DNA of 63,470 bases, the filler included. It is 7 parts of 7 records of this genome, joined end to end, with 100 filler letters (N's around TTAATTAATTAA, not from the genome) between each part and the next. Parts side by side here need not be neighbours in the genome. Positions count along the whole stretch, not along the records: positions 13,975 to 22,815 come from SRR20825010_2576; positions 22,916 to 28,653 come from SRR20825010_2577; positions 28,754 to 36,895 come from SRR20825010_2578; 4 more parts are not named here. One strand, given 5' to 3'. The position numbers and the translations under genes were made by a program. The notes under the pieces are model-generated. The model was not told the DNA's origin and did not search any database. It worked only from the letters and a program-made list of their open reading frames with translations. Shown here piece after piece: positions 19,827 through 30,071 of the stretch (position 1 is the first letter of the stretch; each line of letters starts with the position of its first letter).

Positions 19827-21377
19827 TTAGTTACCAAATACATTTCGGATAGCTTCTAAGTAATCGAACCCGTGTCCTTCGGTAGGCTCTATGTAATTAC
19901 CTTCCAAATACTCGTTCCAGCAGCAGATCATCACTGTGTTTCCGTTGCTGGAACGATAGTTTTTCGACGTTTTCTGAGCCTCTTTAAGCATGGCGGTAAA
20001 AGACCTTTTGTTGCTGTGTACGCGATCTTTTTGAGGTTCACTTGGGATTCCTGTTTGCTGAGGCCAGGTGCCGCCAGCTGGTCTCATATCCCAACCCATT
20101 GCAGTTGGAATTTGATATTCGAAATCAGGATCGTTTTTGAATTTTTCGGACCACATTACCCAATGTCCTTTATAGGTCTCACGCATATCTGCATACGAGA
20201 AATTGCTTTTGTTCATGAAGTTATGATACACATACGCAGTCATGCCTTCGAAACCCATGCTTTTCAAGCGAGGAACATATTCCTGAAGTAATTCACGGTT
20301 TTGATACTCACCACCTTCCCAAGGTCTTTTAGGGTTTTTTGCTTTCCACTCAGTAGGTAATCCATAAGCTCGTTCATTCTCCAGCATGGGTCCTGCAGTC
20401 ACTGCGATGAATTTGATGCCAGGTAAACCTGCTTTTTTGACTGTTTTTTGAGAAAGGTCAAGTAAGTCTTTAAGCGTTAATCCATAATAAGCAGCACGAG
20501 ATTCAGCATCCTGTGGAAAATAAAAATAGACAATAGGACGACCATCTTTTTCCTTCAAATAATCCTCACGAGAGAAATACTCATCTATCCAAAGCTGGGT
20601 GATTTTCTCATGTACTTTGAGGTACAAAGCTTTATCAGGGTTTTCGCCTTCGTAGTTCGCTTTACGGGCTATTTCTTCGGGAGCTCCTACTTTCAGCCAG
20701 AGCATCCAGCGCTCATTACTGTCATCACACCAGTTCAGCGCCCACTTCATTTGCTTTTCCTTTGGAAGACTGGTATTTACCTCAAGCATAACTTTTAGTT
20801 GGTCGCCCCATTCTACCAAACCGGGAACAGCTACTCTTCCATCACGATTTGTGTCTGTTTTCCATCCTTTGGGATAGTAGATTTTGGACTGGGGACCAAA
20901 GTTTAGATGGTAATAATAATGACGTCCATAAAACCAGTTGTAAGCAAAAAAGTCAATACCATAGCTCTTCATGTATTCGAGTTGCTTTTTGATCACCTCC
21001 GGATCATCTCGCTTATAAAATCCCTTCAATTCTTTGATGGGTTTTCTATCTAAATATGGGCCTTCGTAGGGATTTCTGGCATTATAGATTCTACCTTTTG
21101 CACCCCATACACCAGTATTTTGTAAACTCGCACAGTCGCCCTGACCCGTGAGGCATGACCAAAAACTATCGCGATCAACAGCTGGGTTTGGTGAGGTGTT
21201 CCATGATGGCATAAAATATACTCCTACCAATTCCTTCTCCTCCGAATCATCAGCAAGACTGATTTTGGTAGTTTGCACTAATTGTTTTGATTTCGTTTCA
21301 GACTTTTCTTCTGAAAAAAATACCACAAGAGTAACAATGACTACTGAAAAAAAGGAAATGAGAATGGATTTGAGCAT
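19827..21377 (-). CDS. WbsX/GH99-like glycoside hydrolase-fold protein, membrane-anchored or secreted
   Basis: GVYFMPSW, YGIDFFAYNWF, GWD and WNEYLEGNYIEP motifs; N-terminal hydrophobic anchor. Confidence 0.7.
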   Translation of the reverse strand: MLKSILISFFSVVIVTLVVFFSEEKSETKSKQLVQTTKISLADDSEEKELVGVYFMPSWNTSPNPAVDRDSFWSCLTGQGDCASLQNTGVWGAKGRIYNARNPYEGPYLDRKPIKELKGFYKRDDPEVIKKQLEYMKSYGIDFFAYNWFYGRHYYYHLNFGPQSKIYYPKGWKTDTNRDGRVAVPGLVEWGDQLKVMLEVNTSLPKEKQMKWALNWCDDSNERWMLWLKVGAPEEIARKANYEGENPDKALYLKVHEKITQLWIDEYFSREDYLKEKDGRPIVYFYFPQDAESRAAYYGLTLKDLLDLSQKTVKKAGLPGIKFIAVTAGPMLENERAYGLPTEWKAKNPKRPWEGGEYQNRELLQEYVPRLKSMGFEGMTAYVYHNFMNKSNFSYADMRETYKGHWVMWSEKFKNDPDFEYQIPTAMGWDMRPAGGTWPQQTGIPSEPQKDRVHSNKRSFTAMLKEAQKTSKNYRSSNGNTVMICCWNEYLEGNYIEPTEGHGFDYLEAIRNVFGN

Positions 21378-21464
21378 AGTTGCTTTTTCTTAAAAATAAC
21401 TGATTCAATCTTCGTGCTGAAATAATCGATTATCAGTTTTATATCTCAAACCCAATCCGCCAAA

Positions 21465-22004
21465 TCAGGTCAAGCTTTTTCTCAAGATCTGAATGCCACG
21501 ATACTTGGGAAGTAATTTTTTGTAATCTAAGTGATACGTGAAAATCCACTCAAAACCCATTTTTCTGTAGAAGCGCTGAGCCTGAAGCTGAGTGTCCATG
21601 ACTTCTAACCACATGTATTTCAAACCTCGTTCTCTAGCTATGGACTCAACCCTTTTCATAAGTTGGGCCGCCACTCCTTTTCCTTGATATTCCTTGCTGA
21701 TATAAATCCGGTGAAGATGCAGTGAGTTTGGGAAATCAATCAAAGTGGGCGATTCTGGATAGTTGTATTTCAAAATACCGATTTTCCATCCTTCATATAG
21801 CACGTAATAATAGTGGCTTTTTGGATTTTCTAAGTCTTTTTGAAATGCATCGGGATTATACATTTGTTCCAAATACCAATCCCCTGAATCCGACCAAATA
21901 TGCTTGTAGGAAGGAATATAGATTTCCTGCATCAATTCAATTAGCTCTGGTTGATCTGCAACAGTGAGTTTTTGAATACTTAAGTCTTCTGAAAGTTTAA
22001 TCAT
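21465..22004 (-). CDS. GNAT family N-acetyltransferase
   Basis: RIYISKEYQGKGVA and AQRFYRKMGF motifs. Confidence 0.9.
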   Translation of the reverse strand: MIKLSEDLSIQKLTVADQPELIELMQEIYIPSYKHIWSDSGDWYLEQMYNPDAFQKDLENPKSHYYYVLYEGWKIGILKYNYPESPTLIDFPNSLHLHRIYISKEYQGKGVAAQLMKRVESIARERGLKYMWLEVMDTQLQAQRFYRKMGFEWIFTYHLDYKKLLPKYRGIQILRKSLT

Positions 22005-22664
22005 TGAAGTAGGCGAGAGGTTGGCATGTTAGAATGAACATCAATTTTGGGCGCGTAATCTTAGTAAATTCTTATTCAAAGAAATGTATTTAGATGGTCT
22101 TGCCAAAATATAAAGTGAATAGATTTCTAAGGCAAATCAAAAGAAATTGAAAAGTAAAACCACGGCCTGCAATGGAAGCGGTGTTATTATGTAAGGTAAC
22201 TGACTGTTGTAGTTACAAAAAAGTGGCAATGAGATCCACTAAGTTTGTACATAGATTACAATTTTTTCTTTTTAATCTTCTATTACATAATGAACGAAAA
22301 CTCTTGAACGTCAAGCTTAATTTGAACCGTTACTTATTGAAAAGAGGAATTCACTTTCATTTCTATTAAAAATTTTTGCAAAGAGATTAAAATTTTGTCT
22401 TAATTCTTTGGGTGCTAGAAAAGTATTGTGTCAGTATCTCTATTGGGGTTTTTTATTTTTCAAGAGCATTTATTCTCCAAATTTTTATCATGAAAAGCAT
22501 TAAAAATTATTTGTATTACAAAAAAGTGTTTTTTAATAACAATTTTTTTCATTAGTTATGTTGTTAAACGTGAATTGTGATTCTAGTTAAGCCATTGAGG
22601 ACTAGTGTTTTTTAGTTAGTGAGTTTAGTCAACAGCTTGAGTGGGATTTTTTAAAAAATAGCCT

Positions 22665-22815
22665 ATGAAAAATTTATACAAAACTTCGGTTTTAGGGTTG
22701 TTGAGTTTGGTGTTCCTGTTTTTTCTTGGGAATACCTTTGATGTCAATGCCCAAGGCGGTACCGCCACAGTTACCACGGATAAAGATGATTATGCTCCTG
22801 GTGAGTACGTGATCA
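22665..22815 (+). CDS. N-terminus of a secreted (probably large surface) protein, truncated
   Basis: Signal peptide ending VNA-Q, then TVTTDKDDYAPGE; runs into the spacer. Confidence 0.6.
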
Positions 22816-22915
22816 NNNNNNNNNNNNNNNNNNNNNNNNNNNNNNNNNNNNNNNNNNNNTTAATTAATTAANNNNNNNNNNNNNNNNNNNNNNNNNNNNN
22901 NNNNNNNNNNNNNNN
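22816..22915. other. Artificial contig spacer
   Basis: N44-TTAATTAATTAA-N44. Confidence 0.99.
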
Positions 22916-22916
22916 G

Positions 22917-23333
22917 CGCATTGACATGGAAGATCGCGGCGGTCGCATTGAAATGCTTCTGCCTTATGCAACGCTGGAACCGATCCGCGAATTGCTGCTC
23001 CAGATGTTCATGGGTGAGAAATTCGGTCGCGACTCGATTTGGGAAAGCCATCTCGCGACAGAGTTGTGGTCGACCAAAGTGCCTCTCGACGCAGTGCTGG
23101 ACGAACAGAAAATTTCCTTGCGCGAAGTCATGGATTTCAAAGTGGGGCAGACCCTTCTTTTGAACAATGGTCCGGATGCGCTGGTCGATATGCGTTGTGG
23201 CGGTGTCACGCTTGCTCAGGGCCGTATTGGTCGAATGAGCAATAATGTTGCCGTTCGGATCGAGAATGGTGTCAGCCGGAAAAAACGTGCCGCGACGGTC
23301 GCGAGCGTCAAAGCAAATGGAGAAGTGTCATGA
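22917..23333 (+). CDS. fliM: Flagellar motor switch protein FliM, C-terminal part
   Basis: DMEDRGG..LPYATLEPIRELLLQMFMGEKFGRDSIWE followed by a SpoA domain; 5' truncated. Confidence 0.9.
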   Translation, partial: RIDMEDRGGRIEMLLPYATLEPIRELLLQMFMGEKFGRDSIWESHLATELWSTKVPLDAVLDEQKISLREVMDFKVGQTLLLNNGPDALVDMRCGGVTLAQGRIGRMSNNVAVRIENGVSRKKRAATVASVKANGEVS

Positions 23334-23785
23334 GCCTGTCGATTGACCTGATGCTTGAGTTGATCGTTTGCGTGCTTCTGGCTGCAACCATCGGATATTG
23401 TGCGACAATTGATCGTCGTTTGCGTGCGATGCGCAATGGGCAGGATGGATTGCGGGAGTTAATTACCGATTTGTCGACTGCCACTGGGCAAGCCACCAAT
23501 GCCATTGCCCATTTACGGCAAGCTAGTGATGCCACGGGTTCCGCTTTGAGTGAACAGGTTATTCGTGGACGTGCGCTCGCAGACGAACTGTCGCTTATGG
23601 TTCAGGCGGGAAATGATATTGCTAATCGTTTGGGGGGCATTGAAACACGCCGTCCTGCCGCCGCTGTTGCACAGCCAGCATTCGCACCACGAATTGTCCA
23701 GCCGCGTAGTACTCAGACACGTCCTGCAAATACAAGTTCTTCCGAGCAGCATCCGCTTCTCGACCTTCTAAAGCGCGCCCGTTAA
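23330..23785 (+). CDS. DUF6468/PflI-like bitopic flagellar protein
   Basis: N-terminal TM, coiled coil, Pro-rich tail; directly downstream of fliM as in the Caulobacter-type operon. Confidence 0.65.
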   Translation: MSLSIDLMLELIVCVLLAATIGYCATIDRRLRAMRNGQDGLRELITDLSTATGQATNAIAHLRQASDATGSALSEQVIRGRALADELSLMVQAGNDIANRLGGIETRRPAAAVAQPAFAPRIVQPRSTQTRPANTSSSEQHPLLDLLKRAR

Positions 23786-23810
23786 GCGCCAGTTTTCAAG
23801 GTTCCGCATC

Positions 23811-24578
23811 ATGCTTGAGCGCCTCCGTCTTTTGCCGACTGTTATGCTGGTGGCAGCCATGCTGCTGGGACTCAAGGTCGTGCACATGGTTGGTGGTTTG
23901 GGTGATGTGTCGGTGATTGATCGCGCCGAAGCTCAGGCACCTGCAGCTAAGGAGTCGGAAGAGGCTGCTCCTGATCATGGTGCGAAGCCTGCTGAGGAGG
24001 CTCATGGAGAAGCCGAGGCGGAAGGCGGTCATGCCCCAAAGGCGAAGGGTGGTGGCCAGAGCTCCATGACCAATGAAGAAAAACAACAAGCTCTGGAAGC
24101 CCAGACAGCCAAACTTAAAGAAGGTGCTCAGATTAACCAGGCCGAAATGGCGGTTCTAGGTAGTCTCGCATCGCGGCGCGAGGAAATTGAACAGCGCGCG
24201 AAAGATTTCGATTTGCGCGAGCAGCTTTTGGCAGCTGCCGAAAAGCGTGTGGAAGAACGTATTGTTGAACTGAAAGCGCTGGAAGCGAAGATTAACAGCC
24301 AGATTGCGGCAACAGACGAGCAGAACGAAGAGCGCTTGAAGAGCGTTGTTCAGATGTACGAAACGATGAAACCGAAGGATGCGGCCCGCATTTTCGAACG
24401 CCTGGATATGGGTGTGTTGCTGGATGTGAGCAAACGGATGAACCCGCGTAAAATGTCTGCGGTATTGGCGGTCATGGACCCAGTTGCCGCACAGGATCTG
24501 ACGGTTGAACTCGCCACAGGCGACCGCTTGCCGGAAGTTCCGGGTGAGGCGCCGATCACGGCAAAGCCTGCTACCTGA
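23811..24578 (+). CDS. MotE-family flagellar protein (MgtE_N-like)
   Basis: RLLP-TM start, coiled coil, YETMKPKDAARIF...MNPRKMSAVLAVMDP. Confidence 0.8.
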   Translation: MLERLRLLPTVMLVAAMLLGLKVVHMVGGLGDVSVIDRAEAQAPAAKESEEAAPDHGAKPAEEAHGEAEAEGGHAPKAKGGGQSSMTNEEKQQALEAQTAKLKEGAQINQAEMAVLGSLASRREEIEQRAKDFDLREQLLAAAEKRVEERIVELKALEAKINSQIAATDEQNEERLKSVVQMYETMKPKDAARIFERLDMGVLLDVSKRMNPRKMSAVLAVMDPVAAQDLTVELATGDRLPEVPGEAPITAKPAT

Positions 24579-24820
24579 TAAAAGTGGTCTTCGGAGGTTG
24601 ATTTGTCACTTTTAGATGACAAATTTACTCACGCAGAGGCGGGTTTCCTTAGACCTCTCTTAACCCCGTTTACATAAACTTGATTAGCAGTTCCCTGCGA
24701 GCCGTCGGGAAACAGGTTCGCGTGGCCTTCGGAATTGCGTGTATTGGGCAAATAATGATTTTGGCTGAAGCATTGAGGCAGATCGGGAGACGTAGTGCAG
24801 AAATTGCGCTTGGCGTTTCC

Positions 24821-27800
24821 ATGCGCCTTTTTGCAGCGCTGGTTTTGGCGTTTGTGCTTTTTCCGTTAGCCAATGCGCGCGCGGCCATAGCAGTTACCAG
24901 CACCCTCAGCGAAAGCGGTGGCTATGGCCGGATCGTGCTGAATTGGCCGGGTGGCGTGCCGAAGCATAGCGAAGCACTCAATTCTGGCGTGCTGGTGTTG
25001 AAATTCGAAAAAGCATTTAGAGTTGATCTGGAAGAATTTGCACGCCAAATGCCCCGCGTGGTAGCTCTGGCTCGACAGGATCCTGATGGCAAGACATTGC
25101 GCCTCGGATTGAAATTCGATTATTGGCTGAATGTACGGGAGGCAGAAAATTCACTTTATGTGGATTTGCTTCCGTCCAATTGGTCCGGTCCGCCGCCGGC
25201 TTTGCCCGCTGATGTGATTGCCCGCGTCAAGGCGGCAGAAGAAGCTAAGCAGGCAGCAATCACCGAAGAAAAAGATGCGCGTGAAAAAGGGATTGTGGAT
25301 CCTGAAGCTCCTGTGCCTGCGCTTAGTGTTCGTGTGGCGGGGCATGACGGTATTACGCGTCTGGTTTTCGACTGGAACCAACCTGTTCTCTATTCGCTGG
25401 CGCAGCAAGATGGTTCTGCAACTATAACGTTTGATCGACCTGCAAAAGTGGCATTAGCGCAGATACGTGTTAATCCACCGCCTTATCTAAAGACGATCAG
25501 CGCCCTGGAGCGCAATGGCCGTCTTTCAGTTTTCATGAAGCTGGATAGCGGTGTTGTGGTGTCCGATTTCCGTGAGGACTTGGGGATCGTTCTAGATCTG
25601 AAGCCTTATCAATCGCTTGAAACTGAGCCTGAACCAGGGCAACAGGAACATAAAGCACAGGAACATGCCGCTGACCACGAGTCAGAGCCGGTTCATGAGG
25701 CCGAGACTGGACATAAGGCCGAACCCGGTGGTCAGGCTGTAACTGATGCTCACTCGCCACCGCATGCCTCATCGCATGATGAGGAGTCAAAGGCGGATAC
25801 ACACAAAGCGGACACACATGAGCCAGAGCTTTTGGCGCCGAGTACACCTCCAAACAGCCATGAACCTGATGCACATGCTGAAGTGTCCGAGCCGGAACTG
25901 ATGACGCCTGAGCCAGACCATGCGCCGAAAATGATTTCCCCGAAGACAGCCCATGTTGAACCAGAGGCTGTCATTTCGCACGAATCTGCGGGAGCGGAGG
26001 ACGGCGTTGAACTTGTGAAGGTGACAGCAAAGACGACAGAGAACCGGAGTGAACTTAGCTTTGAATGGCCGGTGCCAACTGGAGCTGCGATATTTACCCG
26101 ATCAAACATGCTCTGGGTGGTTTTCGACCGTGCGACTTTGTTCGATATGGGGGATGTCGATTTGTCGGTGATGAAGGGTTTCGGTACGCCGAAGTTTTAC
26201 AAATTACCGGATGCGACGGCACTCGTTTTTCCAATGACCGAGCCGGAAATGCTCATTGGGGCTGAGGAAAACGGCAATGTTTGGCGCATTTCATTGGCGC
26301 GATCTCTGGCAAGTACGGGCCGCTCCATAGGACTGTCGCGTAGCTGGTCTGCTTCCGGCGACGGCTATGTGTCTGCCGATTTGGTCGGGGCACGAAAAAT
26401 TATCGAATTCAAGGACCCTCAGGTTCGCGATACTCTGCTGGTTGCGACGGCGAGGGGTGCTACACAAGGTTTGCAGGCAGAGCGCAGTTTTGTGGAGTTC
26501 AAGGCGTTGAAGTCCGCGCAGGGCTTGGCGATTTCGCGTGTTGCGGATGATTTGAATGTAGCTGCGGCACCCGATGCGGTGATTATTTCGCGGCATAGTG
26601 GTTTGACGCTTTCGGCAGACCGCGGCGGGCGTTCAGATGTGGCGGATTTCGGTTCGCAAAACGCGTCGCCCGTCACGATGGACTTTGCAGCTTGGCGGGG
26701 CGATGGGGATTTTCTGTTCAACAAGCAGATACAGCAGAACCGTGTTGTGATGGCGGCTCCTGCGGACGAGGCGGCAGCGCGACTGGATTACGCTCGGTTC
26801 CTTTTGTCGTATCGCTTGGCTGAAGAAGCTATGACCCAGTTGGCCTTGGCAGTGAAAAGCGATGTGAAGCTTTCTTCGGACGCCTCATTCAGGGCGTTGC
26901 GTGGAGTTAGTGAAGTGCTTGCTAATCGCAATGCACTAGCAATCGAAGATCTCACAGCAAGCGGACTTGATCTTGATCCTTATGCCGCCGCGTGGCGCGG
27001 TTTGGCACGCGTGGAGCTTGGGCAGATGGATCAGGCCAATAAGGATTTCGATTTTTCCGCAGGTGTGATTGATTCCTTTGATAAGGAGTCCGCGACAGAA
27101 ATGCATCTATCCGCAGCTGATGCTGCATTGGCAATGAAGGATTTCTCATCTGCCCACAATCATCTAGGGCAGCTGAAAGACGGACTCGATACCAACGCGC
27201 TCAAGGCGCGTGCCTTTGTCCTGCGGGGACTATTGCTTGAGGAATTGGAAAAGCCTCAGGAGGCTCTCAATTTTTATGATAGGGCGATTGAGCAGGGTGA
27301 TCGCCACCAGATGGTGAAAGCGCGCTATGCCAAGGCTATTTTGCTCAACAAGAAGGGCGAAATGGATGATGACGCATTTATCGCAGAACTGAACCGCTTG
27401 CGTGTGATGTGGCGCGGTGACGAACTGGAGCGTCAGATCCTTTCGCGTATCGCCGAGAAGGCGTTGGAGCGTGGACAAGTTGTCGAAGCTTTGGTGGCCA
27501 TGCGTGAGGCGACAGCCCAGTTTCCGATGAGTGATGAAGCGCAGGTTCTGGGAGCAAAAATGCCCCAGGTATTTGCGGATTACTTTCTCGGTGCAGGCAC
27601 CACGGAAATGACAGCCGTGCAGGCGCTGTCTTTCTATTACGAGTTTCAGGATCTGACTCCTATCGGTCAGAGGGGCGACGAGTTGATCCGTCATCTAGCC
27701 GAGCGCCTCGTGTCTATTGATCTTCTGGCACAGGCAGAGGTTTTGCTGCGGTATCAGATTGAACAGCGCCTTTATGGCAGCGTGGCCAAAGCTCAGGTTG

Positions 27801-28420
27801 CGGCGCGTCTGGCCGGTGTCTATTTGCTGGATGACAAACCTAAGGATGCTTTGCAGATCATCCGTGCGACTATGCAGAACCAGTTGCCACCTGAGTTGAA
27901 CAAGAAGCGCATGCTACTGGAGGCACGTGCTCTTGCTTCATTGAAGCAATATGAATTGTCACTTGATCTTCTGAGCGAAGTGGAAGGCGAGCAGGCCGAA
28001 GAATTGCGCGCTGAAGTCTATTGGGAGCAGCAAAACTGGGATGCGGCGGGGCAAGAGGCGGAAAATATTGCTGAGAGCCGAAGTGCGGGACAGGGCGCGG
28101 GTATCGCATTGTCGGATGACGTGCGCCTCTATGTGATGCGGTCTGCCATTGCCTATTCGCTTGGAAGTAATGATCGCGGCCTATCGCGCTTGCGTGAGAA
28201 GTTTGGCGGCAAGATGCAGACGTCTGTGGATGCGAGTGCCTTTGCCGTTGTCAGCGATCCGATCGAGACATCCGGCGTTGCTTTCCGTCAGCTTGCGAGC
28301 CGTGTCGCTGCGGTGGATATGATTGAGCGCTTCGTTTCGTCCATTAAGGACGATGTCGTATTGGCAGAACCTGCCAAGGCTGCTGCCGTTGAGGACGTTG
28401 GCAAGACCGCCGTCAACTAG
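24821..28420 (+). CDS. Large periplasmic TPR protein of the flagellar cluster
   Basis: Signal peptide MRLFAALVLAFVLFPLANARA, AMIN-like beta repeats (RIVLNW, RLVFDW), WRGD and C-terminal TPRs. Confidence 0.75.
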   Translation: MRLFAALVLAFVLFPLANARAAIAVTSTLSESGGYGRIVLNWPGGVPKHSEALNSGVLVLKFEKAFRVDLEEFARQMPRVVALARQDPDGKTLRLGLKFDYWLNVREAENSLYVDLLPSNWSGPPPALPADVIARVKAAEEAKQAAITEEKDAREKGIVDPEAPVPALSVRVAGHDGITRLVFDWNQPVLYSLAQQDGSATITFDRPAKVALAQIRVNPPPYLKTISALERNGRLSVFMKLDSGVVVSDFREDLGIVLDLKPYQSLETEPEPGQQEHKAQEHAADHESEPVHEAETGHKAEPGGQAVTDAHSPPHASSHDEESKADTHKADTHEPELLAPSTPPNSHEPDAHAEVSEPELMTPEPDHAPKMISPKTAHVEPEAVISHESAGAEDGVELVKVTAKTTENRSELSFEWPVPTGAAIFTRSNMLWVVFDRATLFDMGDVDLSVMKGFGTPKFYKLPDATALVFPMTEPEMLIGAEENGNVWRISLARSLASTGRSIGLSRSWSASGDGYVSADLVGARKIIEFKDPQVRDTLLVATARGATQGLQAERSFVEFKALKSAQGLAISRVADDLNVAAAPDAVIISRHSGLTLSADRGGRSDVADFGSQNASPVTMDFAAWRGDGDFLFNKQIQQNRVVMAAPADEAAARLDYARFLLSYRLAEEAMTQLALAVKSDVKLSSDASFRALRGVSEVLANRNALAIEDLTASGLDLDPYAAAWRGLARVELGQMDQANKDFDFSAGVIDSFDKESATEMHLSAADAALAMKDFSSAHNHLGQLKDGLDTNALKARAFVLRGLLLEELEKPQEALNFYDRAIEQGDRHQMVKARYAKAILLNKKGEMDDDAFIAELNRLRVMWRGDELERQILSRIAEKALERGQVVEALVAMREATAQFPMSDEAQVLGAKMPQVFADYFLGAGTTEMTAVQALSFYYEFQDLTPIGQRGDELIRHLAERLVSIDLLAQAEVLLRYQIEQRLYGSVAKAQVAARLAGVYLLDDKPKDALQIIRATMQNQLPPELNKKRMLLEARALASLKQYELSLDLLSEVEGEQAEELRAEVYWEQQNWDAAGQEAENIAESRSAGQGAGIALSDDVRLYVMRSAIAYSLGSNDRGLSRLREKFGGKMQTSVDASAFAVVSDPIETSGVAFRQLASRVAAVDMIERFVSSIKDDVVLAEPAKAAAVEDVGKTAVN

Positions 28421-28479
28421 GCTCCATCTGATTTATTGATAATTAGGGAAAGCCAAGAGAGTGCTTTGCCGGAGGCAAG

Positions 28480-28518
28480 GAAAAGGCCACGCAGGATAAA
28501 TCCGGCGTGGCCTTTCTC
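28480..28518. terminator. Probable bidirectional intrinsic terminator
   Basis: AAAGGCCACGC...GCGTGGCCTTT stem between convergent genes. Confidence 0.6.
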
Positions 28519-28568
28519 GTTGTTGTTTGATGTGCTGTCGAGACAATCAAACGGAATGTCAGGCTTCG

Positions 28569-28652
28569 CTAAGTCCCGAAACTCTGGACCAAACTGCCTG
28601 CTATCAATGACCAGCCATCAACAAGAACAAAGAAGATCAGCTTGAAGGGCAG
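28569..28652 (-). CDS. fliP: Flagellar export protein FliP, C-terminal fragment
   Basis: Not in the ORF track. Reads LPFKLIFFVLVDGWSLIAGSLVQSFGT*, the conserved FliP end. Confidence 0.9.
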   Translation of the reverse strand: MPFKLIFFVLVDGWSLIAGSLVQSFGT

Positions 28653-28653
28653 G

Positions 28654-28753
28654 NNNNNNNNNNNNNNNNNNNNNNNNNNNNNNNNNNNNNNNNNNNNTTA
28701 ATTAATTAANNNNNNNNNNNNNNNNNNNNNNNNNNNNNNNNNNNNNNNNNNNN
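28654..28753. other. Artificial contig spacer
   Basis: N44-TTAATTAATTAA-N44. Confidence 0.99.
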
Positions 28754-28950
28754 ACCATATGATATGAACCATATTTGTAATGACCCAAGACAAATAAATA
28801 AAGTTAAGAAGGATATTATATAAATACTGTTCCCAATTAACGGATTTATCCAGTCACTACTCTGAGAAACATTTTGATGGCTTGAGGTTCGATAATGAAA
28901 GATTCTTTCAAAAATCTGTTATCACATATACCTTTATTTTTTGAGTTTAG

Positions 28951-29256
28951 TTAGGTGGAAAGGAGATTTTCATCCTTGCCGTGTTCATTGTTTATTTCAT
29001 CTGCTAGTGCCTCTAGAGTCTCCGCCAAATAGGAAGCCACATATTTGCGAAAGACCCAGACCTCAGCACACCAGAATCCTATATTTTCATTCCACCATAC
29101 GATTCCATTAAAGTTTCGGGCAGTATAGCGAGAGAATAAAGGTTGGTTTTTTATAACTTTTTGTATTTCAGAATTGATAGAATAATCAATATTCGTAATA
29201 ATGGCATCCCCTGAATGCTCTTTAAAGTTTGTTGGTAGTCTTAAATCACATTTCAT
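28951..29256 (-). CDS. Hypothetical protein (101 aa)
   Basis: ATG-started ORF with globular, Trp-rich composition; no recognised motif. Confidence 0.6.
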   Translation of the reverse strand: MKCDLRLPTNFKEHSGDAIITNIDYSINSEIQKVIKNQPLFSRYTARNFNGIVWWNENIGFWCAEVWVFRKYVASYLAETLEALADEINNEHGKDENLLST

Positions 29257-29454
29257 AGTGATAAAGGTATTAAACCGATTTGAAATTAAATCAATTGACT
29301 CAAAGCAAGGAAACGGAATACCTAAATTTTATTTGGTTTTTAAAAGAGTATATAAAAAGTGACTTTAGGGAACGGCTTTATGTCCCTTGCCCGAGAAATA
29401 TTTGCCGGGTTTATCTTTTGGAAATGTTGCTTGGATACTTATTACATTGTACTG

Positions 29455-29696
29455 ATTCCAATGCATGTACCCTGCAAGCGGACTTGACCCACTGTTTTTG
29501 GTGTCCTGATCCATCAGGGAGTGAAGTGCCCCGTTCCAGGTATTCCGGAACGGGGAAACGGAAGGGTAACCAAAAGGAGTGGGTCGTGTCCAAGACTTTT
29601 TTTTACGAAGCGCTTTTCCCGAAGTACCTGCCAGCAGTAGGCAGGGAGAGCGAAATGCAGGGAAATGGGCCTAGAAAGCTGTTTGTTGCTGGAATA
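29455..29696. other. Highly structured non-coding element (nested inverted repeats)
   Basis: At least five complementary pairs visible; detailed in findings. Confidence 0.55.
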
Positions 29697-30071
29697 CTTT
29701 AAAACAACAAAATTCCTAAGCCTTTTTAGATTTTTTCACTAAATTGGGAAACTGTTTTTTAACAGTCCTTTTCTTAATTAGAATTATAACAGCCCTACTG
29801 GAAATTCCCGGCACAAAGTCCCCTCTTCGACCGGTTTGGATAAGGAATTAAATTTACCGTGAAAAAATGTATTAACCTTTAACTTAAGGATTGTCCTATT
29901 TAATCCTATGGAACTGAGATTATTCAACTTTTAAGAAAATAATGCGGCGTGTCCCATGGAAAATATATTGAATTGAGAATCGAAAAACTTGGGCATAGCC
30001 AACTAATTTGGCAATATAAACCCAGTAAAGTTCATTTTTTAAACAAGTTGTATGCAAGCTTAAAATACTAG

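Noticed and set aside
24660-24674. CtrA box upstream of the TPR gene
   Set aside because: TTAA-N6-TTAC does not match TTAA-N7-TTAA spacing; too weak to call.
29500-29562. Hammerhead ribozyme (CTGAT...GAAAC)
   Set aside because: The CUGANGA core and stem order do not fit on either strand.
29455-29696. Retron msr-msd
   Set aside because: No reverse transcriptase on this contig or elsewhere in the window.
29280-29702. 140-aa ORF
   Set aside because: TTG start, atypical composition, and overlap with the structured element; probably non-coding.
29997-30053. A second attC upstream of the ATPase (AGCCAAC...GTTGTAT, 57 bp)
   Set aside because: No internal palindrome; treated only as a core/attI-like site.
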